Positions 1-9,078 of a DNA stretch of 64,000 nt are shown here, piece by piece. Source of the DNA: Desulfosudaceae bacterium (GTDB lineage Bacteria; Desulfobacterota; Desulfobacteria; Desulfobacterales; Desulfosudaceae). The translations under genes were made by a program, and so were the position numbers. Position 1 is the first letter of the stretch; every line of letters begins with the position of its first letter. The DNA is taken from assembly GCA_963674745.2 (NCBI GenBank), contig CAXXDV010000003.1, positions 896,001 to 960,000 of the forward strand. The letters run 5' to 3'. The notes beneath the pieces are model-generated. The model made no database searches. It saw only the letters and a list, made by a program, of their open reading frames with translations, and was not told the DNA's origin.

Positions 1-150
1 TTTATAGTGAACATTGCTCATTTTGTCAAGAAAAAAGATTTTTCGTGTCTTTTGTTCATTCTGAAACGCTTGATTTTTTTAACTTTGGTGCTATAGTTGG
101 CACGACGGTCAGACGGTGTTGTCTGCAATCACCATGACGGAGCGTAAAAA

Positions 151-864
151 ATGGAACAACCGATTTTATATGAATGTGAGGGGCCGGTGGCCATCATCCG
201 CCTGAACCGGCCGGATAGGCGCAATGCCATCAACGAAGCACTGCTGCGCGGTCTTTACGACAGTCTTGAAAAACTGACCGGTGACGATGCTATTAAAGTC
301 GCTGTTATCACCGGGGTTGGTAAGGCGTTCTGTTCAGGCCTTGACCTGGATTGCCTGGCCACGGACAATCTTCTTGACCCCAGGGGTGACGGCCGTGACA
401 TGGTGGATCTGATCAATGCCTGTGATAAACCGATCATCGGGGCTGTAAATGGTTTCGCCATTACCGGCGGTTTTGAACTGGCCTTAAACTGTGATTTTCT
501 GATCGCCGGCCAGAGTGCAGCTTTTGCCGATACCCATGCCAAAGTCGGCATTCAGCCGGGCTGGGGGATGACCCAGTTGCTGCAGCAGGCCGTGGGACAA
601 CGCATGGCCAAGCAGATGTCTTTGACCTGCCGGTTTATATCAGCCGAACAGGCGCTTCAATTCGGGCTGGTCAATGAAGTGGTGCCGGACGAAGAGCTGA
701 TGCCCCGGGTCATGGCCATAGCCGAATTCATCTGCTCGGTCAATTATGATATGGCCCTGACCGTCAAACGGTTGATTGAGCACCAGAATCAGGCCTTCTT
801 AAACGACTCAATGCGTCATGAGCGTCAAAATTTAAAGGCCATGGTAGCGGCTTTTAAAAAATAA
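151..864 (+). CDS. Enoyl-CoA hydratase/isomerase (crotonase family)
   Basis: LNRPDRRNAI, AFCSGLDL, GFAITGGFELALNCD crotonase motifs; GGAG RBS upstream. Confidence 0.9.
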   Translation: MEQPILYECEGPVAIIRLNRPDRRNAINEALLRGLYDSLEKLTGDDAIKVAVITGVGKAFCSGLDLDCLATDNLLDPRGDGRDMVDLINACDKPIIGAVNGFAITGGFELALNCDFLIAGQSAAFADTHAKVGIQPGWGMTQLLQQAVGQRMAKQMSLTCRFISAEQALQFGLVNEVVPDEELMPRVMAIAEFICSVNYDMALTVKRLIEHQNQAFLNDSMRHERQNLKAMVAAFKK

Positions 865-901
865 AAGCCACCGGCTGAATAAAACGGTTTAATCTTGGCG
901 C

Positions 902-955
902 TTGACATCTTACGAGTGGACGGCTATAAATATTTTTATGAGTATATGCTCATAA
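902..955 (+). promoter_or_regulatory. Sigma70 promoter with downstream palindromic operator candidate
   Basis: TTGACA 902-907, 17 bp spacer, TATAAA 925-930; near-perfect palindrome TTATGAGTATATGCTCATAA 936-955. Confidence 0.6.
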
Positions 956-965
956 TGTGAAAAAA

Positions 966-1391
966 ATGTCCAGACCAAAGAAAACAAGAAATATCGTCTG
1001 TGATCCGGACGTCAGTTACTTCAAACCCCGGGGGGTTCCGCTTCGGGATCTTGAAGAGGTGTCTTTGACGGTTGATGAATATGAGGCCATCCGGCTGGCG
1101 GATCTTTTCGGCCTGTCTCACGAAGAAGCCGGCAAACGGATGGGGGTCTCACGGGCCACATTCGGACGGATTATTCAAAAAGCCCGCCGCTCAGTGGCCG
1201 AGGCCCTGGTCAACGGCATGGCCATCCGGATTGAAGGCGGGGATTATATGTCGGCTGATCGGGAAGCGGAATCTTTTATGTGTGATGAATGCGGGAGTAC
1301 CTGGAAGGACCTGCCGGATACGGAGCAGCAGTTAAGGTGCCCCCGCTGTAACCAGGATACACCCAAGAAAGTTGAATCAGAGCATGATTAA
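966..1391 (+). CDS. DUF134 family DNA-binding protein with C-terminal zinc ribbon
   Basis: MSRPKKTR...YFKPRG...EYEAIRLAD...EEAGKRMGVSRATF (HTH); CxxC...CxxC tail; ATG at 966 is in frame with the ORF-track GTG at 957. Confidence 0.85.
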   Translation: MSRPKKTRNIVCDPDVSYFKPRGVPLRDLEEVSLTVDEYEAIRLADLFGLSHEEAGKRMGVSRATFGRIIQKARRSVAEALVNGMAIRIEGGDYMSADREAESFMCDECGSTWKDLPDTEQQLRCPRCNQDTPKKVESEHD

Positions 1392-1406
1392 ATGAGTTTA
1401 TTGATT

Positions 1407-1459
1407 CTTCGTCATCCCGGCCAGTGGAGCGGAGCGGAACGTGAGCCGGGATCCAGTAT
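1407..1459. repeat. 53-bp palindromic intergenic repeat (GTCATyCC...GGrATCCAG type), copy 1
   Basis: CTTCGTCATCCCGGCCAGTGGAGCGGAGCGGAACGTGAGCCGGGATCCAGTAT; inverted near-copy at 12473-12525. Confidence 0.8.
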
Positions 1460-1523
1460 GAAATAGATATGATTCATTATGTAAATTATAGTTGTAAATT
1501 TTTTAACGAAGGGATGAGAAACA

Positions 1524-2375
1524 ATGAGTAAGACACAGCAGGGTGTTCCCTTGTGCGGAACAAAAGAGGCGCAGCCGAAAAAGGATGACCCCGAGGTAAA
1601 GATAAAGGCTTCGTTGGACAAGATTAAACATAAGTTTATCGTCATGAGCGGCAAGGGTGGGGTGGGCAAAACCAGCACTTCCGTCAATCTGGCCTTTGCC
1701 CTGGCCGGCAAAGGTTATAAGGTCGGCCTGATGGACGTGGATATTCATGGCCCGGATATCCCCCGTATGCTCGGTCTGGACGGCATGCCCGGCGTTACGC
1801 CCGACCGCAAGATGATTCCGGTCAAATATTCGGATAACCTCGGGATTATATCCATCGAGTCCTTAAGTCAGAGCAAGGACGATGCCATTATTTGGCGTGG
1901 CCCGGTCAAGCATTCGGTAATTCAGCAGTTCATCGGTGATGTGGCCTGGGGTGACCTTGACTTTCTGATTATTGATTCACCTCCCGGTACCGGCGACGAG
2001 CCCCTGACCGTGGCCCAGGTGGTTACCGGCGCCAAGGCCATTATCGTCACCACGCCCCAGGAAGTGGCCCTGGCCGATGTCCGCAAGTCCATCAATTTCT
2101 GTAAAACCGTAAAAATGGAACCCTTCGGCCTGATCGAAAACATGAGCGGTTATACCTGCCCCCATTGTGGCAAGGACGTCAAGCTGTTCGGTACGGGCGG
2201 AGGCGAGAAGACTGCCAATGATACCGGCATCAATTTTCTGGGATACATTCCATTTGATGCCAATATGGTTCAGTGCGGCGACAGCGGCAACTCCTTCCGG
2301 GAACAATACCCGGATTCGCCGGTGACCAAAGCATTTGAGAAAGTGGCCGATGGGATGGCCAAGCTTTTGGATTAA
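1524..2375 (+). CDS. mrp: Mrp/ApbC/NBP35 family Fe-S cluster carrier ATPase
   Basis: SGKGGVGKT deviant Walker A, DSPPGTGDE, ENMS-x-CPHC. Confidence 0.92.
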   Translation: MSKTQQGVPLCGTKEAQPKKDDPEVKIKASLDKIKHKFIVMSGKGGVGKTSTSVNLAFALAGKGYKVGLMDVDIHGPDIPRMLGLDGMPGVTPDRKMIPVKYSDNLGIISIESLSQSKDDAIIWRGPVKHSVIQQFIGDVAWGDLDFLIIDSPPGTGDEPLTVAQVVTGAKAIIVTTPQEVALADVRKSINFCKTVKMEPFGLIENMSGYTCPHCGKDVKLFGTGGGEKTANDTGINFLGYIPFDANMVQCGDSGNSFREQYPDSPVTKAFEKVADGMAKLLD

Positions 2376-2384
2376 GGTTTTAGC

Positions 2385-2415
2385 GTGTTAAGTGATTACG
2401 TGTTTAAGTGGTCAT
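2385..2415. repeat. Short GTGNTTAN octamer tandem array
   Basis: GTGTTAA GTGATTAC GTGTTTAA GTGGTCAT just after the mrp stop; same unit as 32587-32674. Confidence 0.6.
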
Positions 2416-2431
2416 GTAGTGAAAGGCTTTA

Positions 2432-4191
2432 CAGGCTGTCCAACAACCTGTTGTTTGAGCCCCCGCGTTCATGTTTGAAAATTGTAAATTTTTCCTTTAA
2501 AGATAGCTAAAAAATTAAATTATATACTTGATTTTATTGAAAAAATATTATATTTATAACTCCAAGTCAATCTTATTTCGAGGAGTTTATTTTGAGCGTC
2601 CGTGAACCCAAAAACGTCAGGCCTTATTGCCAAAACCAAAGTCTTTTGTTTCCTCCCAACCTGCTGGACTTTATCCAACATTATGACCTCTGCATGGTTG
2701 TCGATGATGTCGTCAACACGCTTGATCTCTCCTGTCTTTACCGCAAAACATCTTATGAAGGGAACATGTCGTATCATCCTAAAATGATGTTGAAAGTCCT
2801 GTTCTATTCCTATGCCAGCGGGATCTTCAGTTCTCGCCGCATTGCCAAAGCGTTGGGTGAAAATATCGCCCTTATCTATCTGGCCGCCTGGCAACGGCCG
2901 GACTTCCGCACGGTTAATAACTTCAGGCGCAACAATTTAAGCGAGCTTGAGGATTTATTTATTCAAATTGTCCGTCTCTGCCAGCAGCTTAAAATGGTTA
3001 CACTCGGCCATATATCTATCGATGGTTCCAAGTTCAAAGCCAATGCCGCGGATCGGCAGTCATATGACCGGGCCCGCATTGAAAAAGAGATGAAGCGTCT
3101 TCTGGAAAAGGCGACGGAAAAAGATCGTGAAGAAGACGCTCTTTACGGTTCGGATAAATCCGGAGATGAACTTCCCGAGGATATCCGGAACCGGAACCGC
3201 CGTATCGAAAGATTAAAAAAACTTCGGCAGCAACTGGATCAGGAAGACAAGAAAAAACTCAATGCTACTGATCCAGAGGCGGTGTTCATGAAAACAAAAA
3301 ATCGTTTTCAAACATCATACAACGCGCAGGCCTCGGTCGACGAAACATCTCAGATTGTCATTGCCGCCAAGGTGATCAATACCAACGACCGGGATCAGTT
3401 GTTGCCGATGATTGAACAGACAGCACAAAACACACAGGCGTCGGTCCGTATCGTAAGCGCTGATGCCGGTTACAGTTCAGTCAATAACCTTGAAAAACTG
3501 GAAGGCATCGAAGGCCTAGACGCTTACATCCCGGATGATACCTACCAGAGCCACAGCCGCGGGCATAAAGACACGTCTTTTGATAAAAGCAAGTTCATTT
3601 ATGACGAATCGGCTGATGTGTTTACCTGCCCTGCCGGCAAGGCCTTAGCGTTCTGGCAAAGCAAGCAGGACAAATGCGCCGACTATCGGGTTTATCGCTG
3701 CCGGGAGTGCAAAGTCTGTCCGCATTTTGGAGAGTGCACCAAAAACAGACGAGGACGGACCATCTGGCGGATGGTGGGAGAAGAACGGATCAAAGCCATG
3801 CGCTCAAAGCTGGACAGTGACACCGGCAAGGCCATTTACGCTAAGCGAAAGCATATAGTCGAGCCTGTCTTCGGGCACATAAAAACAGTCATCGGTTTTA
3901 CCGGGTTCCACCTGCGGGGGTTACACAAGGTCAATGGGGAGTTCATGTTGGTGGCCATTGCCCACAATCTGAAAAAAATATCAAAAAAAGGTTACAAAAA
4001 AGGGATTGGCCTTACCCCAATGACAGTAAAAATGTAATACGGAGGCAGAGGAGCCTGGTTTTATGCTTCCAGCGACAAAAAAAGCTTGGCGTCGAGATAT
4101 TTAAATAAAATTTTCAAAGAGCAGGCGATCAACTAACGAAATCGGACCGCATAAAAATCAAAAACATATAGGAAGGCTGCGGGACAGCCTG
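2432..4191 (+). mobile_element. IS1182-family insertion sequence, apparently intact (1760 bp)
   Basis: Terminal inverted repeats CAGGCTGTCCAACAACCT / AGGCTGCGGGACAGCCTG; 4-bp target duplication TTTA at 2428-2431 and 4192-4195. Confidence 0.88.
2592..4037 (+). CDS. IS1182-family DDE transposase
   Basis: YHPKMMLKVLFYSY...SSRRI, PDFRT, IDGSKFKANA, ADAGY, CPAG, RKHIVEPVFGHIK; GAGGAG RBS and TTG start. Confidence 0.93.
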   Translation: MSVREPKNVRPYCQNQSLLFPPNLLDFIQHYDLCMVVDDVVNTLDLSCLYRKTSYEGNMSYHPKMMLKVLFYSYASGIFSSRRIAKALGENIALIYLAAWQRPDFRTVNNFRRNNLSELEDLFIQIVRLCQQLKMVTLGHISIDGSKFKANAADRQSYDRARIEKEMKRLLEKATEKDREEDALYGSDKSGDELPEDIRNRNRRIERLKKLRQQLDQEDKKKLNATDPEAVFMKTKNRFQTSYNAQASVDETSQIVIAAKVINTNDRDQLLPMIEQTAQNTQASVRIVSADAGYSSVNNLEKLEGIEGLDAYIPDDTYQSHSRGHKDTSFDKSKFIYDESADVFTCPAGKALAFWQSKQDKCADYRVYRCRECKVCPHFGECTKNRRGRTIWRMVGEERIKAMRSKLDSDTGKAIYAKRKHIVEPVFGHIKTVIGFTGFHLRGLHKVNGEFMLVAIAHNLKKISKKGYKKGIGLTPMTVKM

Positions 4192-4266
4192 TTTAGCCTT
4201 CCAGCACGCAGGGTGGAAAGGCGACAGCGCATCCACCATTAACCTGAGATAATTCAAAAAATAATG

Positions 4267-4386
4267 CTCCTGTGCCTTGCACCCCGGCAACAAGTTGCCG
4301 GGGCCATCCGAGGCCGGGGCAACTTGCACGGTCGTGGGTGCCCGCACGGGTGGCACTGGCAACTCGTTGCCAGTGTGCGAAGCACA
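4267..4386. repeat. REPIN/BIME-like doublet of the RAYT-associated REP family
   Basis: Inverted pair CACCCCGGCAACAAGTTGCCGGGG and GGGTGGCACTGGCAACTCGTTGCCAGTG; matches the REPs at 28843-28886 and 29445-29573. Confidence 0.85.
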
Positions 4387-4412
4387 CCCACCATTGTCCA
4401 AAAGAGGTTTTC

Positions 4413-4616
4413 TTGACACAAAAAAAAGACAACAATGTTGTCTATTTTAAAGCAAAGGACAGAATCCGGGTTTACCGGATAATTGACCGTTCCTGTGAAC
4501 TGGCCGCCAGTAAAGGACCTCACCCGCTTGACGTGGACTGTCAATGTCTGGCCTGTATGACAAAAAGAAAAAAAGCACTTCACCCGATCATTAAAAAGTG
4601 GAAGTTCTTTTTATAA
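4413..4616 (+). CDS. Small basic hypothetical protein (67 aa, CxCxxC)
   Basis: AAGAGG RBS then TTG at 4413 in the frame of ORF 4272-4616 (whose upstream part is REP sequence); terminator follows. Confidence 0.45.
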   Translation: MTQKKDNNVVYFKAKDRIRVYRIIDRSCELAASKGPHPLDVDCQCLACMTKRKKALHPIIKKWKFFL

Positions 4617-4679
4617 ACCAGCCTTCTCGGAATAATGCTTAAGGCGTCATTTTAAAGACAGATCGCAAAAGAAAATGAC

Positions 4680-4714
4680 AAAGGGTGGACGCGTGACCGC
4701 GTCCACCCTTTTTT
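4680..4714. terminator. Intrinsic terminator between convergent genes
   Basis: AAAGGGTGGACGCG-TGAC-CGCGTCCACCCTTT stem-loop with T run. Confidence 0.8.
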
Positions 4715-4748
4715 ATTGATTTGTTTTTACCCAGCCAGCGGCTGTTAA

Positions 4749-7700
4749 TTATTGTTTTAAAACAGTGTCCAGAAAACAACTTCCGCCGCCACCACCGCCA
4801 CTGCCGGATTCGATCAGGCCGATTCCGCCGGGATCCACAATAACGCCATTGGCAACGCCGTCAAGATCACCAAATCCTCCATCCTGAATCTCGATGGTTA
4901 CGGATTTCATGTTTGGTGCGAATGTGGCATGTTGGGAGTAATCGATCCATCCCTCTATGGGATCGTATTTGTAGTAAACCGATCCGGCGGGTGCTTTTTC
5001 ATCAAAGTAAATCGTTATCTGAACCATGTCTCCGGGATTGGCTGTTTCAATTCTGAAATTAATCAGGCCCCATGGCATATTGTCGGGCATGTCATCAAGA
5101 ATATCCTGATCCAGGTTGTCCAGGGATTGCAGGGACGTTATGTTTTCGGAGGTCGCAATAGCGATGTATGAGTTCCCGACCACGGTTATTACACCCTTGA
5201 AGTGCTCTCCCTGGTTGTCCGGCTGTCCATCGCCGTCCAAATCGGTTTGCCCGGTCATTTCCTGATTATCGGGGATGCCGTTTCCATTCGTGTCGTTATC
5301 CGCTTGACCGGTCGTAAAAGTGGATGTTGCTGAATATCCGGATGTGCATCCGCTACTGCAATGGATGTGCGCATGCCAGTAATAGGTGGTTTCGGGTTTC
5401 AGCACGCCCGGAGGGACCTGGTGGCTGAAAAGGTCTCCGTCAAACACATTCCGGTTATAAGCCAGTCCATGAAAATCAGGATTTTCACTGATCTGCCAGC
5501 GGGTTTTATGAACCGTGCCGCATGTCACGGGATCAATGTCCTTGTCAATTACCAGAACCGGCATCAGTGATAAGTCAACGGTCCCATCTGCCGGAGAGAT
5601 CGGCTGCGGGGATGTCTTGCACGGTTCTTCACCGGATGTGGATGCGTTCACCATTACATTGACCGATTCGGATGAAGACAATCCATCATTGTCGGTTACG
5701 GTCAGAGAAAACGTCATCAGGATACTTCCTGCCGCGACTGTCGGAGATACAAATTGGGCGTACGGGGTGGTTGCGTCAGTCAGCACGACTTCCTGGCCCT
5801 CCGTCTGTTCCCACAGATAACTCACAAGCGTTCCGTCAGGATCATAGGAGCCCGAGCCATCCAGTGTCACTGATGCGTCACTATCAACCGTCCGGTCCGG
5901 ACCAGGATCGGCCACAGGCGGCAACAATACAGGATCAATGCAATCCGGTGTCCCGTCACCGTCCGTATCCGTGTCCGGCGTCCCACAACCGCAGACACCG
6001 GGAAGGATTTTATCCGGATCATTGGGGCAATCGTCAACGCAGTCCAGCCAGCCATCGTTGTCTGTGTCCGTGTCCGGAAAACCGCAGCCGCAGATCCCAG
6101 GCGCAATTTTTAAAGGATCGTTGGGACATCCATCGGTAATGTCCGGTACACCATCTCCGTCTGTATCGGTGGGGGGAGAGAGCTCGCCGCGAACCGGGCG
6201 AACATAATAAGAGTCGTTTGTTTTGAGCATTATATTGTAATAACCTACTATAGCGATAAGCCAAGCTTCCTCCGTACGAGAGAGAGAGTCGATTAAAGTT
6301 GTAGACGACCAGTAGGAACCGCCCGGCCAATAACTAAAATTGCTGTTAATGACCGGATACCGACTATAATCTGTAATAGAGGCCAGTTCTTTAATGGTTG
6401 GCAGGCGCCAGTCGGAATAACCGGCCAGGGTCAAATTTTCACAGTACGCCAGGGCGGATTCCCAGTTCATTGTCGAGGCACCTGCCTCTTTGACCCACAT
6501 AAGGCCGGTATTGTTATCTGTGATTGTCCCGTCGTTGTTATCCGTAAATGACGGTGATGCCTTTTGGCCACGAACAGCACGTATGTATAGTGTGTCAGAC
6601 TGCTTATCGCCACCGCTCGCAATTGAGCCTGAAACGAAGCCTGCTTCCCAGACCTGGCTCGGAGTATTGGCATGAGTTGTTGACGTCCAGTGCCAAGCCC
6701 CTGGATAAGTTTGGCAGTTTTTAAAATAAGTCGTGTCAACGCTAGGAGACCAATTCGCATAATTGAAGATAGAACGAATCTCAGCAATGGTGGGCATTCG
6801 CCAATCGGAAAAACCGCCAAAACTTTGACTGTTTAAAGCATTGATAAAATCTTCTGTATCCGTTCCGTCCCCCGGTGTACCGGCGTCACCGCCATTGGTC
6901 GCCGGGTTGCTGTCATACCAGGTATAGGTATTGTCTTTGTCATGTATGCCGCCGTCATCGGTTTTCACCTCCCATATCAGGCCGGTATGATTATCCCTGA
7001 CCATTGTCCAATCAGCAGCACCATCGGGCAGGTCGTTACCGCTGGCATCCAGCTTGGTAAATGAAGGCGGGTTGATGGTATAGCAGGCGTCTTGGCCGTA
7101 AAAAGACTCTCCCGATGACGGGCATGGGTTGAGAATATTCCCGTTGGCATCATAGCAGGTGGTCTGACCGGTATCAGAAACAGGAAAAGTCGCACCCGAT
7201 GGGGTCGGAATGGTTGATATCAATCTGACTGCAGCAAAGTCGTACTGGGTTCCCGCTGCAACGACGATCTTATCGTCAGCCTGGATCGCTACACCCCCGT
7301 CACACGTAAGATAATTACCGTTGATGTCAGCAATTATCTCTGTTCCGACCCCAAAGAATGATGTGTCCAGGCTGCCGTCAGAGTTATAGCGTGCAATTGT
7401 GAGTCGATTGGTACCAACCACAACGATCTTCCCGTCAGCCTGAACCGCTACACCGTAAGGGATATCATGATAGCCGATGTTCGTCTGCACAATGCCGTCT
7501 CCGGAAAAGGATGTGTCGAGACTACCGTCAGCGTTGTAACGGACTACTCCAAAATCCGCATGGGTGACAGGGTCGTCAACCTGTCCGGCTACAATGATTT
7601 TTCCGTCAGGCTGGATCGTCATGGCTCTTCCATAATCGCTTTCCGCGCTGATGGATGTGATTACCTTGCCGTCTCCGGAGAATGATGTGTCGAGACTGCC

Positions 7701-8492
7701 GTCAGTGTTATAGCGGACAACCGCAAAGTCATAGGCGGAAGGGCTTCCGGAATCCCCGGAGACCACGATCTTGCCGTCAGATTGGATGGCTACGTTTCTG
7801 GAGACATCAGAACCACCGTTGATGTCTGTGGTAACCTTGCCGTCACCGGAAAAGGATGTGTCGAGACTGCCGTCAGCGTTGAAGCGGGCCACCGCAATGT
7901 CCTGGGCGCCATGAATCGCTCCGTATGAACAGCTAAATACAATTTTCCCATCAGGCTGGACTGCTACAGAGGCACCAGTATGGTTACTGCTGCCAAAGGT
8001 CAAGATAACCTTGCCATCACCGGAAAAAGATGTGTCGAGACTGCCGTCTGAGTTATAACGCGCCATCACCGACTCATAATTGGGATAAGACCCGGACTGC
8101 CCGCCCACAATGATTTTCCCATCAGGCTGGATAGCTACGCTTGAACCATACTCATCTGCTCCAAAGTCCGTGGTTACAATACCGTCCCCGGAGAAAGATG
8201 TGTCGAGACTGCCGTCCGTGTTATAGCGGACTATTCCGACGTCCATAACAGTGTTATAGCCAACAGTCCCCACCACAACAATTTTTTCATCAGGCTGGAT
8301 TGCTATATCACTAACATAATCATTATTACCGCCGCTTAAATCCGCAATCGCCGATAGGCCGTCGCCGCCAAACGTAGTGTCCAGATCTCCGTCTGCCGCC
8401 ATGGCAGTGGTACAGAACAGGAGCAGTATAAGGATTGGAATAAGAAGATTACCTGCCCGATGAATAATATTGTGATTTTTGTGCGTTCTCAT
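4749..8492 (-). CDS. Large secreted/surface protein: signal peptide, about 7 delta-60 repeats, 2x DUF1566, Ca-binding TSP3-like repeats, PKD/Ig-like domain, choice-of-anchor U-like domain, Gly-rich CFI-box-like tail
   Basis: Repeats of IQxDGKIVV...RYNxDGSLDTSFSGDG; DNxTGLxW...DWRxPTIxE...YxRxVRG twice; DTDGDGxPD/DDCP repeats; GDLDGVANGVIVDPGG; GGGGGGSCFLDTV end. Confidence 0.85.
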   Translation of the reverse strand: MRTHKNHNIIHRAGNLLIPILILLLFCTTAMAADGDLDTTFGGDGLSAIADLSGGNNDYVSDIAIQPDEKIVVVGTVGYNTVMDVGIVRYNTDGSLDTSFSGDGIVTTDFGADEYGSSVAIQPDGKIIVGGQSGSYPNYESVMARYNSDGSLDTSFSGDGKVILTFGSSNHTGASVAVQPDGKIVFSCSYGAIHGAQDIAVARFNADGSLDTSFSGDGKVTTDINGGSDVSRNVAIQSDGKIVVSGDSGSPSAYDFAVVRYNTDGSLDTSFSGDGKVITSISAESDYGRAMTIQPDGKIIVAGQVDDPVTHADFGVVRYNADGSLDTSFSGDGIVQTNIGYHDIPYGVAVQADGKIVVVGTNRLTIARYNSDGSLDTSFFGVGTEIIADINGNYLTCDGGVAIQADDKIVVAAGTQYDFAAVRLISTIPTPSGATFPVSDTGQTTCYDANGNILNPCPSSGESFYGQDACYTINPPSFTKLDASGNDLPDGAADWTMVRDNHTGLIWEVKTDDGGIHDKDNTYTWYDSNPATNGGDAGTPGDGTDTEDFINALNSQSFGGFSDWRMPTIAEIRSIFNYANWSPSVDTTYFKNCQTYPGAWHWTSTTHANTPSQVWEAGFVSGSIASGGDKQSDTLYIRAVRGQKASPSFTDNNDGTITDNNTGLMWVKEAGASTMNWESALAYCENLTLAGYSDWRLPTIKELASITDYSRYPVINSNFSYWPGGSYWSSTTLIDSLSRTEEAWLIAIVGYYNIMLKTNDSYYVRPVRGELSPPTDTDGDGVPDITDGCPNDPLKIAPGICGCGFPDTDTDNDGWLDCVDDCPNDPDKILPGVCGCGTPDTDTDGDGTPDCIDPVLLPPVADPGPDRTVDSDASVTLDGSGSYDPDGTLVSYLWEQTEGQEVVLTDATTPYAQFVSPTVAAGSILMTFSLTVTDNDGLSSSESVNVMVNASTSGEEPCKTSPQPISPADGTVDLSLMPVLVIDKDIDPVTCGTVHKTRWQISENPDFHGLAYNRNVFDGDLFSHQVPPGVLKPETTYYWHAHIHCSSGCTSGYSATSTFTTGQADNDTNGNGIPDNQEMTGQTDLDGDGQPDNQGEHFKGVITVVGNSYIAIATSENITSLQSLDNLDQDILDDMPDNMPWGLINFRIETANPGDMVQITIYFDEKAPAGSVYYKYDPIEGWIDYSQHATFAPNMKSVTIEIQDGGFGDLDGVANGVIVDPGGIGLIESGSGGGGGGSCFLDTVLKQ

Positions 8493-8540
8493 ACGCCCCC
8501 CCCGTATTGGTATTGTGTAGTATATAATCGTTACTAAAGC

Positions 8541-8579
8541 AAAAAAGCCGGGCCATCCCTTGCCTAAGAGGACCCGGCT
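8541..8579 (-). terminator. Intrinsic terminator forming the riboswitch expression platform
   Basis: Minus strand AGCCGGGTC...GGCCCGGCT followed by a T run, about 50 nt upstream of the ATG at 8492. Confidence 0.75.
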
Positions 8580-8596
8580 ATAAAGTCTTTCCCTTT

Positions 8597-8675
8597 ATGG
8601 CAGCCCGGCTGTCTCTCTTTTGAAAGACCCGTTGCTTTCCCTCCTCAGGTTGCCCCAAGTCTGGCTTTGGCATGA
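8597..8675 (-). promoter_or_regulatory. c-di-GMP-I (GEMM-I) riboswitch aptamer
   Basis: Minus strand AAGCCAGAC-TTGGG-GCAA-CCTGAG-GAGGGAAAGCAACGGGTCT...AGACAGCCGGGCTGCC; GNRA-capped P2 and the GGAAAGC...GGGUCU...AGACAGCCGGG pattern of deltaproteobacterial GEMM RNAs. Confidence 0.82.
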
Positions 8676-8954
8676 ATTGATCGACCCGGTTTAAGCTTTT
8701 TAAAAAATAAACACTTTATTCAACACAAGTCAACAGTTTATAGCACTGTTGTTTCTCCTTTGGTTTGTTTGAGCGGGGCTTATAGGTCTAAAAACCTATT
8801 AAATATGGAGGGTATGAGAAAGAATGCCGTTAGAAAGTAATTTTAAGTATTTGTGTTGATATGGATTTAACAGGGGGCCTCAACTCCAGGCGTTATATTG
8901 TTAGCGGTTTAAAATTTTATAGTGTTAACGTTTTATTTTTCAAGAAGCGCTCAG

Positions 8955-8978
8955 GTGATTAAGTGCTTATGTGGTTAA
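8955..8978. repeat. Short GTGNTTAN octamer tandem array
   Basis: GTGATTAA GTGCTTAT GTGGTTAA. Confidence 0.55.
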
Positions 8979-9020
8979 GGAAGTCCGGGTTTCAGGTGTA
9001 GCGAGTCAAATATTGAATGA

Positions 9021-9055
9021 AGAGGTGGCGTGCGTCAACACGGCCACCCCTTTTT
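9021..9055. terminator. Hairpin downstream of leuA
   Basis: GGTGGCGTG...CACGGCCACC bulged stem with T run on the plus strand. Confidence 0.5.
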
Positions 9056-9078
9056 ATGCTCGTCGCAAATTAGGCAAA

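Noticed and set aside
4129..4435. Small ORFs over 4129-4435, and similar ones over 29239-29837
   Set aside because: Translations of REP palindromes and IS ends.
7380..8400. Repeated GTGTCGAGACTGCCGTC DNA motifs
   Set aside because: Explained by the coding delta-60 protein repeats.
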